Origin: Callorhinchus milii
Taxonomy: Eukaryota
Direction: 5' to 3'
DNA length: 64,000 bases
Assembly: GCF_018977255.1 (NCBI RefSeq)
Contig: NW_024704743.1
Location: 92,320,001 to 92,384,000, forward strand
Positions within the stretch are counted from its first letter, which is position 1, and each line of letters opens with the position of its first letter. The notes under the pieces are model-generated. The model was given only the letters and a program-made list of their open reading frames with translations. It ran no database searches and was not told where the DNA came from. A program made the position numbers and the translations under genes. Of the stretch, positions 13,101 to 27,900 are shown piece after piece.

Positions 13101-13349
13101 TAATGTAGGGTAGATGTACAGCTCCTTTGTAAACTACCTAAACTGGTGTAAAAGAAGAAAATATAAATTGACATTGACTCATTATTATCTCTTTATCTCA
13201 GATGTCTTGTGCAATTTTTATTTGTGAGGCACTGGTGGTAATCACTTGGTCTATTTAAGGATGTCTTTCAACTAACAATAACATCACTTCTGTTAAACCC
13301 AAATATTTATCAATAATATTAATAAATAATAAATCTTTTCCAGTAAAGC

Positions 13350-13705
13350 TGAAATGAGACCTGATTGAAGCCCATTAAACTATGAAGGATTACGATAGAT
13401 CAATTTCATGGTTACTGAATTGTTAACAAGAGAGCACAGATGTAAAATAATCTCAGAGAGATAAGGGGAAGGTTAGAAAAACATCTTTACACAGAAAATG
13501 GTTGGAACGTGGAATTCTTGGCCACAATCTATTGTTGAAGTAACACTAAGAAATTATTTTGAAAGAAATTAAAGTGTCTGATGAAGACGGATATTAAAGG
13601 TTTTGAGGGATGGGCAAGAAAGTGGAATTAATTTAGTTCGCTCATGTGCAAAAATTAGCTCATCAGCACAAACATGATGGGCCAAATAGCTTGTTTCTGT
13701 GTTCA
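13350..13705 (+). mobile_element. Old CR1 3' end
   Basis: gagacctgattgaag..tttacacagaaaatggttggaacgtggaattc..atgggccaaatagcttgtttctgtg matches CR1 ORF2 end and 3'UTR. Confidence 0.7.
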
Positions 13706-15654
13706 ATTCTGGGACGATTCTAAATGCTCAGTCCTTCACATGGTTGAAGGATGGAGGTGGGGAGTGGGGCGAGAAGAGGAGGAAGGAAATGACTGCACAA
13801 TCTCACGGAGTCTGGAAAACAATTTGTGGTTCATTGCAACATGAATTAGAAAGGCTAAACCCCAAAATTGTACAAGGCTTCATCAGTCGGGCACCATCTG
13901 CATGGTTTTGATTAGTCCAAAAAGCAATTTCAAAGAGTGAGTGTTTGTGCAGGTTATGCAAAATGTAAAAAGCTGTGATTTATTTATAATGATTCAATTG
14001 CTTAAGGGAAAGTGCTGTATAAATGGCACTCAAAATTAAGTTCCTGTAAATGACCAGAATATGCTTTTCCATATTAGATGGGAGACTGCATGGCTGAGCA
14101 CACAGTTAGTTTACATAGTCTGCAGCCTGGAGCCTTCTCCAGTTAATTAGTGTCCAATTATGACAAGTTTGCTTCATCTTAAGTATTAGAAAGTTTAGCG
14201 TTTTTATTGGTGCTGTTTCGCAATTCTTCAAATCTGTGTCTTATTCTGGCTCATTATGAAGTGCTGCACTGTACCCAGCCTGTTTTGTGGTTGGATTAAA
14301 CGAGGGAGAGGCAATAGTTTGATTTTCCCAGTGGAGGCACGCAGTCGAAATGGTGAACTCAAGCTGTTCCAGAGCGCACAGCATGAAGTGAAATATTGTT
14401 ATTCGGAACACAGCTAATCAGGAGCAGGAGCTAAAGCTGGGCACCTAAGCACCGTCTTTTGTGTGCAGGATTACTCATCAGTTCCCAGTCTCCGTGTGTG
14501 CTGTGCACTATCTTTAATTAGTGCTTTATTAACTTGGCTTCGGAGCACCAGAGCAGCAGAAAACGTACCGAACACGTCAAATAAGTGCACTCAGGAGGTA
14601 ATTAATTTCAGTTACACGCCAACAGCAACATCCTCCCCAGCTCACTGTGAATTGCGAAACGTGTTCCTAATGAACTAACCCACCCTGCCCTCCCTAGGAC
14701 GCCATGCTGTCTTTGTTTGTACTAAAACAGAGGGACCAGAATCAATTGGATACAGCTATTTGGCCAATTACATGTTATGCTGTGAATGCATTCTTGTCAC
14801 ACCAACTAGTCTCTCTTTGTACCACCAACAAATCAGGATCTGGATCCATACACCTGCTTGTCACGTAAATTTAAATCTCGTTTTGGACAGGCATAACCTG
14901 GCACTATACATATTGGCACAAATTTAAATGTTAAGGCTTCAATCTGCATTCTGTTTAACTCACTCGCTGCTGTTCCTTTGCCTTCTCGAATCTATGTGCA
15001 TGATCCACAGCTGTGTTGATCATGCCATCTGGTGTTCTGGAACCAGAGACCAAAGTGGGTAACAGTGCCAAATGGGTTTAGATATGAAATTATGATTGCC
15101 AACTTTCGAACCTCAGAAGGAGTATGCTATATTAGAATTATTCAGTATTCAGGGGTCTAATTTATAGTATATCTTTCCAGGCATCCTTGTTAAGGAATCT
15201 GAATCACGCAAAGGGAGACTACTTCTCGTCACTGAAGCGAGCAATGCGATGTTCCACCTGAGAGTCGATTGAATGCCACAAATTTTACTCCATATTCTAG
15301 CTGCACTTCTGCCGGTTTGTATTGTGAGGAGTTTGGATTGTGGTGATGTGGGGATGGAGGAACATTATGGAGTTTTGCCTTGATCGAATTTAGGGAATTT
15401 CTTTGCATACTCAAGAGGTAGGAGCGAGGGTTGAGGTCCATGGTAGTTATGGCTAAATTCGCCCACAAAACACATACTTACTCCATTTTACAGTATATCA
15501 TGTGAAGCTCTTTCGGACATCCTCCTGACGTGATCAGCAACAACAACAAGATTACATTTGTGTAGCGCCTTTCATGTCGGGAGGACTTCCCAGGGTGCTG
15601 GAAAGAGATTGAGAGAGTCTTTCCGAATAGCTCAATTAATAAAGCCACTGACTA

Positions 15655-15996
15655 ACAACAACAACAATCCTTGCATTTGAAATAGCGTCTTTTCACGTCT
15701 TCGAGATGTCTCAAAGCACTTCACAGAATTTACTGTAAAGTGAGTTGACTGTATATTTTATGGGCAAACTCGGCAGCCAATTGCATACAGCAGTGTCCCA
15801 CAAAAAGTCGTGGATTGAGTGACCAATTTATTATTATTATTTTTTGAAGAAATTAGTGACTAACAACCAGTTCCTACTGACTCCTAGGTAAACAGAGGCG
15901 TGTGGAGTAAGGAAACTTGTCCAACATTTTTCCCTGCTGGAATTCAAACCCAGGTCTCTTGCTTGCGAGGCGAGACATTGAGCTACAGGACTCCAC
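15655..15996 (-). mobile_element. tRNA-headed Deu-like SINE, long form (partly deleted)
   Basis: Minus strand begins gtggagtcctgtagctc; B-box-like gggtttgaattcc; central tctgtttacctag segment; tail. Confidence 0.88.
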
Positions 15997-16129
15997 GTCT
16001 TATAGCTATATAGAGTGAAAGACTCTATACAGGTGTAAGAATTCTTCTTATTATTATAAATGGTCTTTTCTCATTTTAAGCGATATCCTATATTCATGTG
16101 GGATAATAAGTTAACGGATCAGAGGTGTC

Positions 16130-16395
16130 AATAATAATAATAATAATAATCCTTGCATTTGATATAGCGCTTTTCACATCTTCTAGACGTCCCAAAGCAC
16201 TTCACAGAATATACTGTAAAGTGAATTGACTGTATATTTGTGGGCGAACGCGGCAGCCAATTGCGCACAGCAATGTCCCACAAACAGTCGTAGATTGAAA
16301 ATGACCAATTTATTATTGTTTTTTGTTTTGGAGGAATTATTATTAGGAGTGTGGAGTAAGGAAACTTGCCCAAGGTTTCGCCCTGCCTGGAATTC
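16130..16395 (-). mobile_element. Deu-like SINE, short form, 5'-truncated
   Basis: High similarity to 46629-46944; (TTA)n tail. Confidence 0.92.
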
Positions 16396-17354
16396 ATAAA
16401 TGCTTCTTATGGGATCATAAGTGGTAATGGTGCTACGAGAAAAGACTGAGTTTATGGCCATCAGCAGAACTGGAAGACTGTTTCAAATTCACTGCCAGAT
16501 ACTCAGTCACTCATACACTGTCTAATAAAACCTAGTATTAAGTCGTACCTGTGGACAGGTTTTATCACTCCCATTAATAGGTTGTTTGGGAGTATATTTC
16601 TAAAACTGTGGCTCTTCTTTTTCTCTCTCTCTCCTGCACTCACTCTCTTTTTCTGTCAGTTTCTCCGGGATTCTCTTTTCTCTTCCTTTCCCCCATGTCT
16701 CTTTGAGGTTATTTTTCCCAGTAGATATGAGAGAAGTTTTGCCTGTTGCCTGTGTGGATTGATTAGGCATACTAATCCTTAGCCTGGCACACTCAGAGCA
16801 GCCCAGTTGTGGCACTAGTCAGCGTCAGCGGGTTTGTTTGATGGCCAGACAGGTGATATTGAGAGAACAACCTCAAGCGCTACTCTTTGCTAGTTTTCAA
16901 ATTTCCTCAGAGATTGACCATGTGAAGACTCTTTTTATATAATCAGATTAAAAATGCTGTAATAATAAGGCCCTCAAACAGCATGACCACATTATTATTA
17001 CAATGTTAAATCCACACAGCTAAAATAAACACTAAAAACAAAGTTTAAATAAAAGTAAAATGTAATCTTTTCATCTGCCTTCTAGTTTTAGTGTTCTCTC
17101 TTCCCAATTCTCTCTTTTCCATTTATTATTTGAATGTGTTTGTAACCAATTTCTGAATCAGATGTCGTAACATAATTGCAGAGGGCAGGTAACTACAGTC
17201 AATTCGCTTTACAGTACATTCTGTGAAGCGCATTGAGACGTCTTGAAAACGTGATAAGGTGCATTATGAAATGCAAGGATTATTATTATTATAACGATGT
17301 TTTTCAGACAAATATTGCATAAAATCACCCACTTGTATAGATCTGAGTTTGACT

Positions 17355-17535
17355 CAATATATGTAATAATATATGTAATAATCTACAATATATGTAATAT
17401 ATAATATATATAATATATATAATATATATAATATATAATATATATAATATATGTAATATATGTATATGTATAATATATATAATGTATAATATATATAATG
17501 TATAATATAATATATAATATATGTAATATATGTAA
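17355..17535. repeat. Nearly pure A/T low-complexity expansion (TAATATA-type) at a SINE tail
   Basis: Directly visible; continuous with the tail of the minus-strand SINE. Confidence 0.9.
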
Positions 17536-17886
17536 TAATCCTTGCTTTGAAATTATCATGTTGTTGAGATATCTCAAAGCGCTTCACAGAATATACTGTA
17601 AAGTGATTGACTATATTTTGTGGCTAAAATGCAGAAGCTAATTGCATACAGCAGTGTCCCACAAACAGCTGTGGATTGAGTGACAAAATTATTATTATTA
17701 TTTTCTGCTGGAAGGGATTATTATCCCAAAAAGCAATCCTCCAATCGACAAACATACGGGTCCCTACTTCTGCTAGGTAAACAGAGGCATGTGGAGTAAG
17801 AAAACTTGGTTAAGGTTTCGCTCTGCCTGGGAATCAAACCCGGCTCCTCCTACTTGTGAGGCTACAATACAGTACAGGATTCCACA
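17530..17886 (-). mobile_element. tRNA-headed Deu-like SINE, long form
   Basis: Head gtggaatcctgta, B-box-like gggtttgattccc, central segment, Deu-like core, tail; tail-only SINE pieces lie at ~17193-17292 and ~17892-18000. Confidence 0.88.
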
Positions 17887-19974
17887 CTCAAATAATAATA
17901 ATAATCCTTGCATTTAATATCATGCCTTTCACATTGGAAGGATATCTCAAAGTGTTTCACAGGATTTACTGTAATGTGTAGAGTGTATTTTGTAGGCGAA
18001 TGCATACTGTAAATTCTGGAGGCAAATATCCTGTGGCTAGCATACAGTTTCCAATACAAGTACTATTTCCTAACATGTGCTGAGCTGAGTTTTAAACCTA
18101 CATTCTACTCACAGTAGATCCTCCTCGAGCAGGAGATACATTGTTCAGAGATAATGTTTTTGCTCAGCCGGGTATCTGAAACATGCAGCTACCCATCGCC
18201 ATGCTTAACAGTATCCACTAGAGATGAACAGCAGAGTGCTTGGGAACTTTCAAGCTGCAGATCCTGTTATTGTGAACCTGGATAAAATAATAATAAACCT
18301 TACATTTGATATAGCTCCTTATCACGTTGTTGAGACATCTCAAAGTGCTTCACAGAATCTATTGTAAATTGGATGGGCAGCAGGTGCTTTCCTCCTGGCT
18401 CAGCATCCAACTCTACCATTGTGGGGCACTCCGAGACATTATCTTATGTGAAGGGTGCTATATTAATGCAAGTTGAAATTTCTATGCGTAGGTCACATAT
18501 CTATGTGGAGAACTCAGTCTGAGTGATGAGTTGTTACTTGTACATCCCTCAGGGTGAAACATTGCTGTATTTCAGTCACAACATTTTTTTTGATTAACTC
18601 ATTCTTGGGTACTCTGTGTCTTCAAAAAGTTCCAAATATGCTAGGTGGATGGTAGGTACCACCTGTAAGCTTCCTGGTGGACAACACAGCTCAGCATGAG
18701 AGCTTTTCCACCGTCTTCCTGTCTGCAGCTCAGGCACACGTCCTTTCCCATTGAGCGACGGTTCCACTAGTTGGAGGTGCAGAGTTTAAGCAGCAGCTGC
18801 TTACCTCTCTGCAGGCCAAACAAAGTGGATTCCAGGCACTGGATGTCCGAATGTGCATTCACAAACTTGGGCATCAGGTAACACCTTCCAGCAGTTGTCG
18901 CCCCAAACCTCAGAGTTCCCTCATCAGCTCTCTGGCGGGCGTCTGCCTTCAGCGTAGTGAAAGGACATCTTATGACATGCTAGCCACCTTGATATTCTCG
19001 AGGTCCATGTCCAATGCCACTTACCATCTTACTCAGCATCAGCTGCTTAATATAAGAACATAAGATCATAAGAAATGCTAGACAATAAAAGACCAAGGTC
19101 CATCTAGTTCGCCTTCCACCTTCCTGGTGGTTGCATGGACATATGTCCCAAACTACCAATGTACTATATCCCATAATGTTATTTCCTAAGAGAAAACTAT
19201 TGAATCTATAAAACTATCTAATATAAAATGATGTATCAAATGTAAGGATTATTATTATAAAAAGTATCAAAGCAATTTTGAGCATTTCTATTCCAGTGAT
19301 TTGAGTAACATGATGTAAATTTAAACAGATGAGTACGTTTTAGTTATATATTGATCATTAATTTTGTCACAAATATATCCTCTATGATTTTATCTCGACC
19401 GAGTTTTCACAGAAAACTTTAGAGGATATTTATATATATTATTCCTGTAGGTAATCAGACAGGTTAGACTTGGAAACTCCTGGATATTTTTCAGAACTCA
19501 TGCACAGCTTTTACTTCTTCTAAACGGTTTGAGCACTTTTGTAAGGATATTCCAAAGCTAAAATCAGCAAGCAGCCAGCTCACCAGGAGAAGCCAACCAA
19601 AGCAGAAATAGAGGCTGGAGCAGTAAAAGGTAAAGATGAGTAAAAAAAAGCTGAAGGCTGATGTTAATTAAAGAATTAGAATCGACTATGTGGACATTAT
19701 TTAACCCATTCTTTATGTTAATTCATGGAATGGGTTAATGAGTCCCACTTTTTTGTCCTGTAAATTCAGTTTCTCGCCCCAAGTTCATGTCAGTGATTGA
19801 AACAAAAATATTGGAAATTTTGTCTCAATCTTGGGAAAAAGCTTCGGAACATAGATTGTGACTCTTGCAGGGAACCCCATATGTGTGAAGCTGACCTACA
19901 GGAAACTCAGGTGTGACCTGATCCACAAAAGAATCAGATTTCATGTCTCAATTCTGTTTTGCAGTGTTTGCATA

Positions 19975-20440
19975 GAGTTATATAGAATGTACAGCATGGA
20001 AACAGGCCATTTGCCCAACTAGTACATGCTGGTCTTTATGCTCATGTGAGTCTCTACCCACTCTTTATTCCCTCCCATTTGCTTCAATTCCCTTCTCACT
20101 GGTGTATATATATATAGCTTCTTTTTAAATGCATCTTACTATCTGATTCAATCATAACTTTTGGCAGGGAGTTTCACAATCTCATTATCCTTGGCATGAA
20201 CTAGTTCCTCCTAAAAAATCTTTTAAATTCCCTCTAGTTGCTATCTTATATTTGTGTCCCTTGGTTACAGACTCCCCACTAAGTAGGAACAGCTTAGATA
20301 TGCTGATCTTATCAAATCCTTTTATAATTTTGAACATATCCCCTCTTAATCGTCGCTAGCAAAAAAAGGCCTCACGTTTGCTGCCCTTTTCTGCTGAGTG
20401 CGTTCTCAACTCCAATAGTACAAATCTCCCAGAAGCATAA
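19975..20440 (-). mobile_element. Old CR1 3' end
   Basis: catagagttatatagaatgtacagcatggaaacaggccatt is the reverse complement of a CR1 tail; degraded ORF2 end follows. Confidence 0.7.
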
Positions 20441-21689
20441 ACTACGTATACAACAAAACAATATATTTTAAAATCTAAGAATTATGCACATGTTCCTAAT
20501 TTCAGTTGGGATCTTCAGGAAACACCTGAATAAATTCAAGGAATTTTCCTGAAAGAGAGAAGGGGAAGAACAGACAAGTGCATATTCAAAAAAAATTCCA
20601 TGACACATTGGTCCTATTTATATGGATATGTTGAAGTCACCTAAGCTGGTGTTCCATGCTGAACTAATCCTTTAATCACATTATCTCACAAAAAATTATG
20701 TTTACACTGTATATCGGAATTTTTTGGGGAATAATCATTTCCTACTGAATTAAACTGACTGCTGCAGAGACTCCGGCCACTTTTGTGAACAAGTGTTTCA
20801 TAGTTAATTAAATGACTGAAAAAAAAATGAGACATGGTTCATTAAGGATTTTTTGGGACTGTTGAATTATTCTTACCAGAGCAATGGACTTGGAATAATC
20901 ATTAACTAGCTGTTTGGAAATACTCATGTAAATTTTTCTTATTTGTCACATTCTATCATTTGTTTTCACGATTGTATTAAGTATTGAGTTATTTAGCACC
21001 AACAAATGTAAAATAGTCACCGAACTAAAAAAAGAATATTGCCCCATATAATTGGAAGTAGGCCTTTCCACCTGTACTATACAAACAGGGACACTGGCCA
21101 TTCCATTGTTTTTGCTGGAAGTCTTTTCCACATTTTTGTGTTAAAATACAATCCAAATTTCCACTTAATCACCTTCCATGATGCAAGGATGTCCCAGGGC
21201 ACTTAACAATGCTGGCTTGGCGCACCAGCAGGTGGTGCGGTGAGGAAAGATGACTGAAAACACCATCAAAGAGAAAGGCTTTGAGATGGACCTTGAAAGA
21301 GATGAGGAACGACACTGCTGTGTGCAATTGGCTGCCGTGTTCGACCACAAAATATACAGTCAATCCACTTTACAGTATATTCTGTGAAGCGCTTTGAGAT
21401 GTCTCAACAAAGTGATAAGGCACTATATCAAATGCAAGTATTATTATTATTAAAAAAGTTGCTTTGATATACAATATGTGCTGCTTATAATAATAATAAT
21501 CCTTGCAATTGATATAGTGCCTTATTACATCTTCGGAGATGTCTCAAACAACAACAACAAACAACAAAATTACATTGGTAAAGCGCCTTTACATCGGGAG
21601 GATGTCCAAGATGCTGAGGTGCCCCAAAGCATGTTAAAGACTTGGATCATCCCCCTGTCATTCTTCTGGAGACCTTTCCTTGTAACAAC

Positions 21690-24600
21690 ATTTTAAGAAT
21701 CAAATCATCTTTATTCTTTACTAAATACTCTCTATTACATCAATGCCACTTCATCTCCCTTAACTCCTCAATCCCTCTCCCCACTGCCACCCAACCCATC
21801 ACCATCTGGAAAAAATTCTCCCGCCCCTCCCTCTCGGCTGCCTTGGAGTCATCTGAACTCCTTCTGCTCTGGGGGCCGTCCCACAAAGACCTATCCTCCT
21901 CAACAACAAGAACAACAACTTGGATTTATATAACGCCCTCCAAGCCGGACGGCGTCTCAGAGCGCTTCACAGTAACAGATCCCGGGGCCGAGCCAGGGGG
22001 AGGGGGACGAAGGTGACCAAAGGCACGGTCGAAAAGAAAGGTCTTCAGCAGAGACCTGAAAATGGGAAGAAAGGGGGCGAGGTGAAGAGAGTGAGGAAGG
22101 GAGTTCCAGTAGCCTCGGGGCATACTGGCTGAAAGCACGGCCATCGAGGGTGGAGCGGAGTACTCGGGGCACAAGGAGGAGGCCAGATCCGGAGGAACGA
22201 AGGCAACGGGCACTGTTTTGAATAATCTGGATTTTATGGATGATGGTGGAGGGGAGGCCGGTGAGGAGGGTGTTTGAATAGTCCAGCCGAGAGGTGACAA
22301 AGCCATAGACCAGGGTTTCAGCAGCTTTCAGAGAGAGGTATTGGCGGAGACGGGCAATGTATCGGAGGTGGAAGAAAGTGGTGCTGGTGAGGGACCAGAT
22401 GTGGGGGAGGAAGGATAATTCGGGGTCGAACTTGATGCCTAGGTTGCTTATGGGTTCGGCGAGATTTAGGGGAAGGTCGGGTAGGTGGAGGAGGTGAGAA
22501 CTGTGAGATTTTAGATGTTAACGAGAGCCAACGAGTATGGCTTCCCTCTTGTCAATATTCAGCTGAAAGAAATTTGCGTTCATCCAGCTCCTGAGGTCTG
22601 ACAGGTAGGCTGACAGAACATCAGGGCACTGGGGGTCGCAATGTGAGGTGAAAAAATAGAGTTGGGTGTCATCCACATACATGTGGAAGTGTACCCCATG
22701 TCTGCGGATGAAATCCCCAAGAGGGAACATGTAGATCAGAAAGAGGAGGGGGCCAAGGATGGATCCTTGGGGAACCCCTTAGGTAATCGGGTGAGAGCAG
22801 GAGGAGAAGCCATTTGTGCAGATGTACTGCTGGCAGTTTGTGAGGTAGGATTCGATCACTCTTCTCCATAGCTTCCTCTCCTCCACTCTCCAATCCCTTG
22901 CTCCTCTCTCTTCCCGAAAAATCTCCTAACTACTCAAATCACCTTGGTACACCAGCCACCTCCGCTCCATTACAGCCCATTATTATTATTATTATTATTA
23001 TAACTGTCCATTGGCAGATCTAGCAGGACCATGTCAAATCCTAAATTGTCTTTCTACTCCAAGACAATCTTGGAGGCTAAGGACAACCCCAGGCTCCTCT
23101 TCTCCATCATGAACTGGATCCTCCTCCCACCTTCTCATCCCTCACCCACCCTCACCACAAATACCAACTGCGAGGCGATGCTGGACTTCCTCAAATCCAA
23201 AGTCGAGGGAATCCTCTCAGCTGCCTCTGCGACTGCAACTGCTACCCCCTCCCCATCTCCTCTTCACACCCCAGCCCCTACCCACCCCTCCCTCCACACC
23301 TTTATACCTGTTTCCCCTTCCTCTCTCATCACCACCATATGACACCTACCACTTGCTCCCTCGACCCCATCCCTACTCCCTCCTTACCTCCCAGCTCCAC
23401 TCCTTGCCACTCCACTCACTGACATTGTAAACCTCTTCCTGTCCTCTGTTCCCACCCCATTAAAAACCGCTGTCATCATCCCTATCCTTAAAAAAACCTC
23501 CCTGGACCCTTCCCTACTCCCTAACTACTGCCCCATCTCCAAACTCCCCTTCCTCTCCGAGGTCCTGGAATGGGTTGTTGCTTCTCAGCTTCACTTCCCC
23601 CTCTTCCGCCACTCCCTTCTCGAACACGTCCAATTGGGTTTCCGTGCCACCCACAGCACAGAAACAGCGCTGGGCAAAGTGACAAATGACTTTCTGTCCA
23701 TCTGTGACCAGGGCTCCCTCTGACAACTCGTCCTCCTTGATCTCTCTGCTGCTTTTGACACCTTTTGACACCACTCTTTCCTCATCCATCATCTCTCCTC
23801 TCACCTCAACCTCCATGGTGCTATCCTTGACTGGTTCACATCGTACCTTTCACAATGCCTGCACTTCATTTCCTCAAACGGCTTCTCCTTTAGCCACCGG
23901 ATCGTCTCGTGCGGCATTCCTCAGGGCTCTGTCATCGGTCCCCTCCTCTTCAATATGTATATGTTCACTCTTGGTGACATCATCCACAGATATGGGGTCA
24001 ACTTCCACATGTATGTGGATGACTCCCCACTCTACCTCTCTGCCTCCACCCTCAACTCCAGGACTGCTGCTGTGCTGACAGAATGTCTGTCAGACATCAA
24101 GTCCTGGATGAGACCTAACTTTCTTCAGTTGAACATCAACAAAACCGAGGCTCTCCTGATTGGCTCCCGACAGCACTTCCTCACCTCAGGCGCTGACAGC
24201 ATCACCATCCATGGTTGCACACTCCACCTTGCTAAGCCAGTCCAGAGCCTTGGGGTCTTGTTTGACCCTCAACTATCCTTTCTACCCCACATCTGTACCA
24301 TGACCCGCTCTGCCTTCCCCACCTATGCAACATCCCCCGTCTCCGACACTATCTCACCACTCAGGCCGCCGAAACCCTCATATATGCCTTCATTACATCA
24401 AGGCTCCACTATGCAAACTCATTGATGTCAGCCTCCCCATATCCTCCCTCCACAGATTGCAGCCCGTGTCCTCTCCCACACAAGTCTCCGCAATCCTATC
24501 ACCCCCATCCATGCCCAACTACACCGACTTCCCATCACACAGAAGATACAGTTCAAGATCCTGGTCCTCACCTTCAAAGCCCTCTATGGTCTTGCTCCCC

Positions 24601-24972
24601 CCTACCTCTCCGACCTCCTAAAACCCTACCATCATGTTCGCTCCCTCTGCTCAGCGGGCTCTGACTGGCTTCACATCTCCCGCCTTGCTTGACCCACTAT
24701 TGGCAGCCAGGCCATCCGCAACCCTGTCCCTACCTTCTGGAACTGCATCCCGCAGTCCCTCCGTCTTTCCCCCTCCCTTGCAACCTTCAAGACCCACCTC
24801 AAGACCCTCCTCTTCGATCATGCTTTCGATCTCCCTGCTTCCCTCCCTGCCCTCCACCCTCCCCAGTCCCGACCCCTAGCTCAGGTCCGTAACTTTATCT
24901 GTCCAGCACCTTGTGATATCCTCTCAACATGAAAGGCGCTATACAAATGTAATTTTGTTGTTGTTGTTGTTG
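21690..24972 (+). mobile_element. Old L2, from the end of APE to the 3' tail, interrupted by 21901-22855
   Basis: CHFISLNSSIPL..WKKFS..LSAALESSEL; FYSKTILEAKDNPRLLF; HMYVDDS; FLQLNINKTE; (TTG)n tail at 24955-24972. Confidence 0.92.
21901..22855 (-). mobile_element. L2 lineage C copy nested antisense in an older L2, with an internal deletion
   Basis: [36 protein letters not shown]; distinct tail agcgctctgagacgccgtccggc..aaatccaag(TTG)n. Confidence 0.9.
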
Positions 24973-27900
24973 ATGATGTAATCAAAATTTATCATCTAGT
25001 GTGGCCTCTCCAGTGATCCTGACATGCTGGGGAGGGAGATGTGAGGGTGGTCTCCTTAGGGCTTGGTTGGCTACAAGATGACATGCTTGGCAATGCAAAT
25101 GTAGAAATCGAGTCAGCCCCTGTGCTGGATTCAGGAGTCTGGTCTGCAGAGGAAAAATTACTGATTGGCATCTTATCGAGTTTATGTAATGAGGATGCAC
25201 AAGAAATACCTAAAAAAAATGTTATAAATAAAGGTCTATTTAAAACATATTGTTATGACATGAGTGTAAAATAGGCTGAAGTGGTCCTATTATTATCTGA
25301 TATGTTGTCCAATATCAGGTTCCATCTGATGTTATAGTTTTCTAGCTTTGCAGATCTCTTAGACAAAACTTATAAGGAAGTATTATTGTTTCTACACTGG
25401 TTGTTGATTAACGCTTTGAGACGTCTTCCCGATGTGAAAGGACTATATAAAAGTAAATTATTAGGCCTTGAATTGGCCTCTAAGTTTCTTTTTGCAGAGT
25501 ATTTATTTTGCAGTATTTTATCTGCTAAAGAGGAGCTAAATCCATGCCATTCCCAGCCAAAAAAAATATGCTTTACTGATTGAGCAGCCTAGATCCAGGC
25601 CTCCAGCCTTCTCAATAAGAGTTATCACAAGGAGTACGTGATAAAACTCAACAAATTGCACTCTACATCTCAGGAGCTCTTTGGCTATGTTACAAATCCC
25701 CCCCAAAGCAGTAATTAGGTGAGAGTCCATATTTTTTGGCATAGTTTCCATGCAGATGCCATTGTTAAATTCCTTGTAATGCATTTAATGGTGTATTCTA
25801 TACTAATGTATGTTCCTTTGTGCCAATATCTCTGGGGTGCAGTTTCACAGCAACTGGAGATATAGGCAGATCATTGCAGGCAAGATTTGTTATTGCCAGA
25901 AAAGACACACATCAAAGTTAATGAATACACAAATCAAATTTAGGAATAAATGGATACCTTGCAGTATGTATACGGTTTTGTGTGTGAATTTATAATATCC
26001 AGGGATTGGTTTCAGATCCTTCCTATGTTGTAGGAAGGATCAATGGGACAAACAATTATCTTTAACCTGACCTCCCTGCCAGTTGCAAGCATCTGATCCC
26101 TGTTGCAATCAAAACATGGCTAATACCAACTCATTTTGTGTGGAGAAATATGATCAATTAATAATTTATCACATGACCGACCAAAAATTCAATAATCCGT
26201 ATTGTTTGTTGTTTGCAAACTTGTTTTTGTTATTACAAATTTGTTGACTATATTTTGTAAGAACTTGTCAAGAGGGTCTTGATTTATTTTTAATATAACT
26301 CCTATGAGTAGTTGTTGATTTAAGCAGACATCACCCTTATTTAAACATTATATTGGGGGCTCAATACAGAGCTGACATTGTGTGTGGTGGGGGAAGGGGG
26401 GTAGGGGGTAGCGGTCACCAAGTTCACAATTTTTTCCCAACTTTGAATTGGCAGCTAAAGGTGGAGATTGGAAACAAGTAAGTTCAGAATTAAAATAAGT
26501 CTCATGCAAAGAGATACCTGATATCCCTACTGTTTTCATATCCAGAATGGGGCTGGACCCAAATAGTGGGTTCGGGAACAGGACAATGCTGTTTATCCAT
26601 CAGTGCCTATTCCTGTTTATGATTTGGGATGTCCTCCTGACGTGAAAGGTGCTATACAAATGTAATCTTGTTGTTGTTCTGTCAGATCTTCTAATTATTT
26701 TTCTCAAATCCCTTTAATACTCTTGGTTCCCAAATATCTATCTCCCTTTTAAACATCCCAATAGATTCTGCCCTGTACATTCTTTGCAATCCTCATCTGA
26801 CACTTCAATCACGGAGGGGTGTGGGGATGGAGATGAGATTCTACCTCCAAAATTGGCCTTTATTTTTAAAGAAACAGCCTTAATTGTAAGCCTTTTTTAT
26901 AAGTTCTTTTAGAACTTTAATTCAAAATTAAACCTGATCTCAACAATTCTCTAAATTATTGGTGCTTTAAAATGTTACATAAATAGAACACATCTAGACC
27001 CAGGTGAATTTTCTCAGTATTTCCCTATTTTTCTTCTTATTATTATTTTTATTCTGATGTAAGAAATGGACAGATTGTCTCATTTATAATCAGAAACCTG
27101 AATCAAGCGGAATTCTTGCAAAACCCCCCACCCCACTGTTTTGTAAGAACAAATGTATTAAAATTTCACTGACAGTGGTTGTAATTAAACACGATCTTTA
27201 CAATAACACTGGAAATAGAGCAATTTGTTGAACAACACTGCTATCCTTGCCAGACATAGATGCAAGATGGATTTATTATTATTACGAGTAAGCTTCACTT
27301 TGTAATCTAATGACTCATAAACTAGTATCACACCCAGAAGTACACATCATGCCAGATATTATATTAAATTTAAATCGACAGTTCATAACATCTGCCTTTA
27401 TAGCAACCCTTAGTCTTTTCAGTTGTGCAAGAAAGTTGCTAAATATATTTTCTGTTTATGATTTCTACTCTTAATCTAAAAAAATGATCATTTGAATGTG
27501 TTTTATCAGACAGATTTTTTCCAATTAAACAATATTATTGCTTAGCATTCTGGAGATGAGAACCAGTGATCATGTTTTAGTATGAACTCAATTTGCTGAG
27601 TGATACAACTATGCAAGGAATGCTAAGGCAGATATTCTGAATGCCAGTAAAATTTCATTTCAATTAGAGAGTATTTTTACACAGTAAATCTGGCCCCCAC
27701 ATCTAGTAATCCATTTTAGGGTGAACCACTGCTTGTCTGTAAATTTATGGATGTCCTAAGTGTAATCTCCTTCAAATGGAGTTAATATCAAGTCATATAT
27801 TCTGAGGTAGGTATACATAATGGAAATGGAGGAACTGGAGTGAGTGCCAATTTATTCAATTCTTAGTGAGTGTATCTAATTCATTATAGTAGATCGGTCT

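Noticed and set aside
18690..19020. GC-richer block, possibly an RTE-type relic or an exon
   Set aside because: No convincing motif in any frame
19547..19630. Possible 84-nt phase 1-1 exon on the + strand (YSKAKISKQPAHQEKPTKAEIEAGAVK)
   Set aside because: Weak acceptor (tttgtaag), no recognisable peptide, no partner exons
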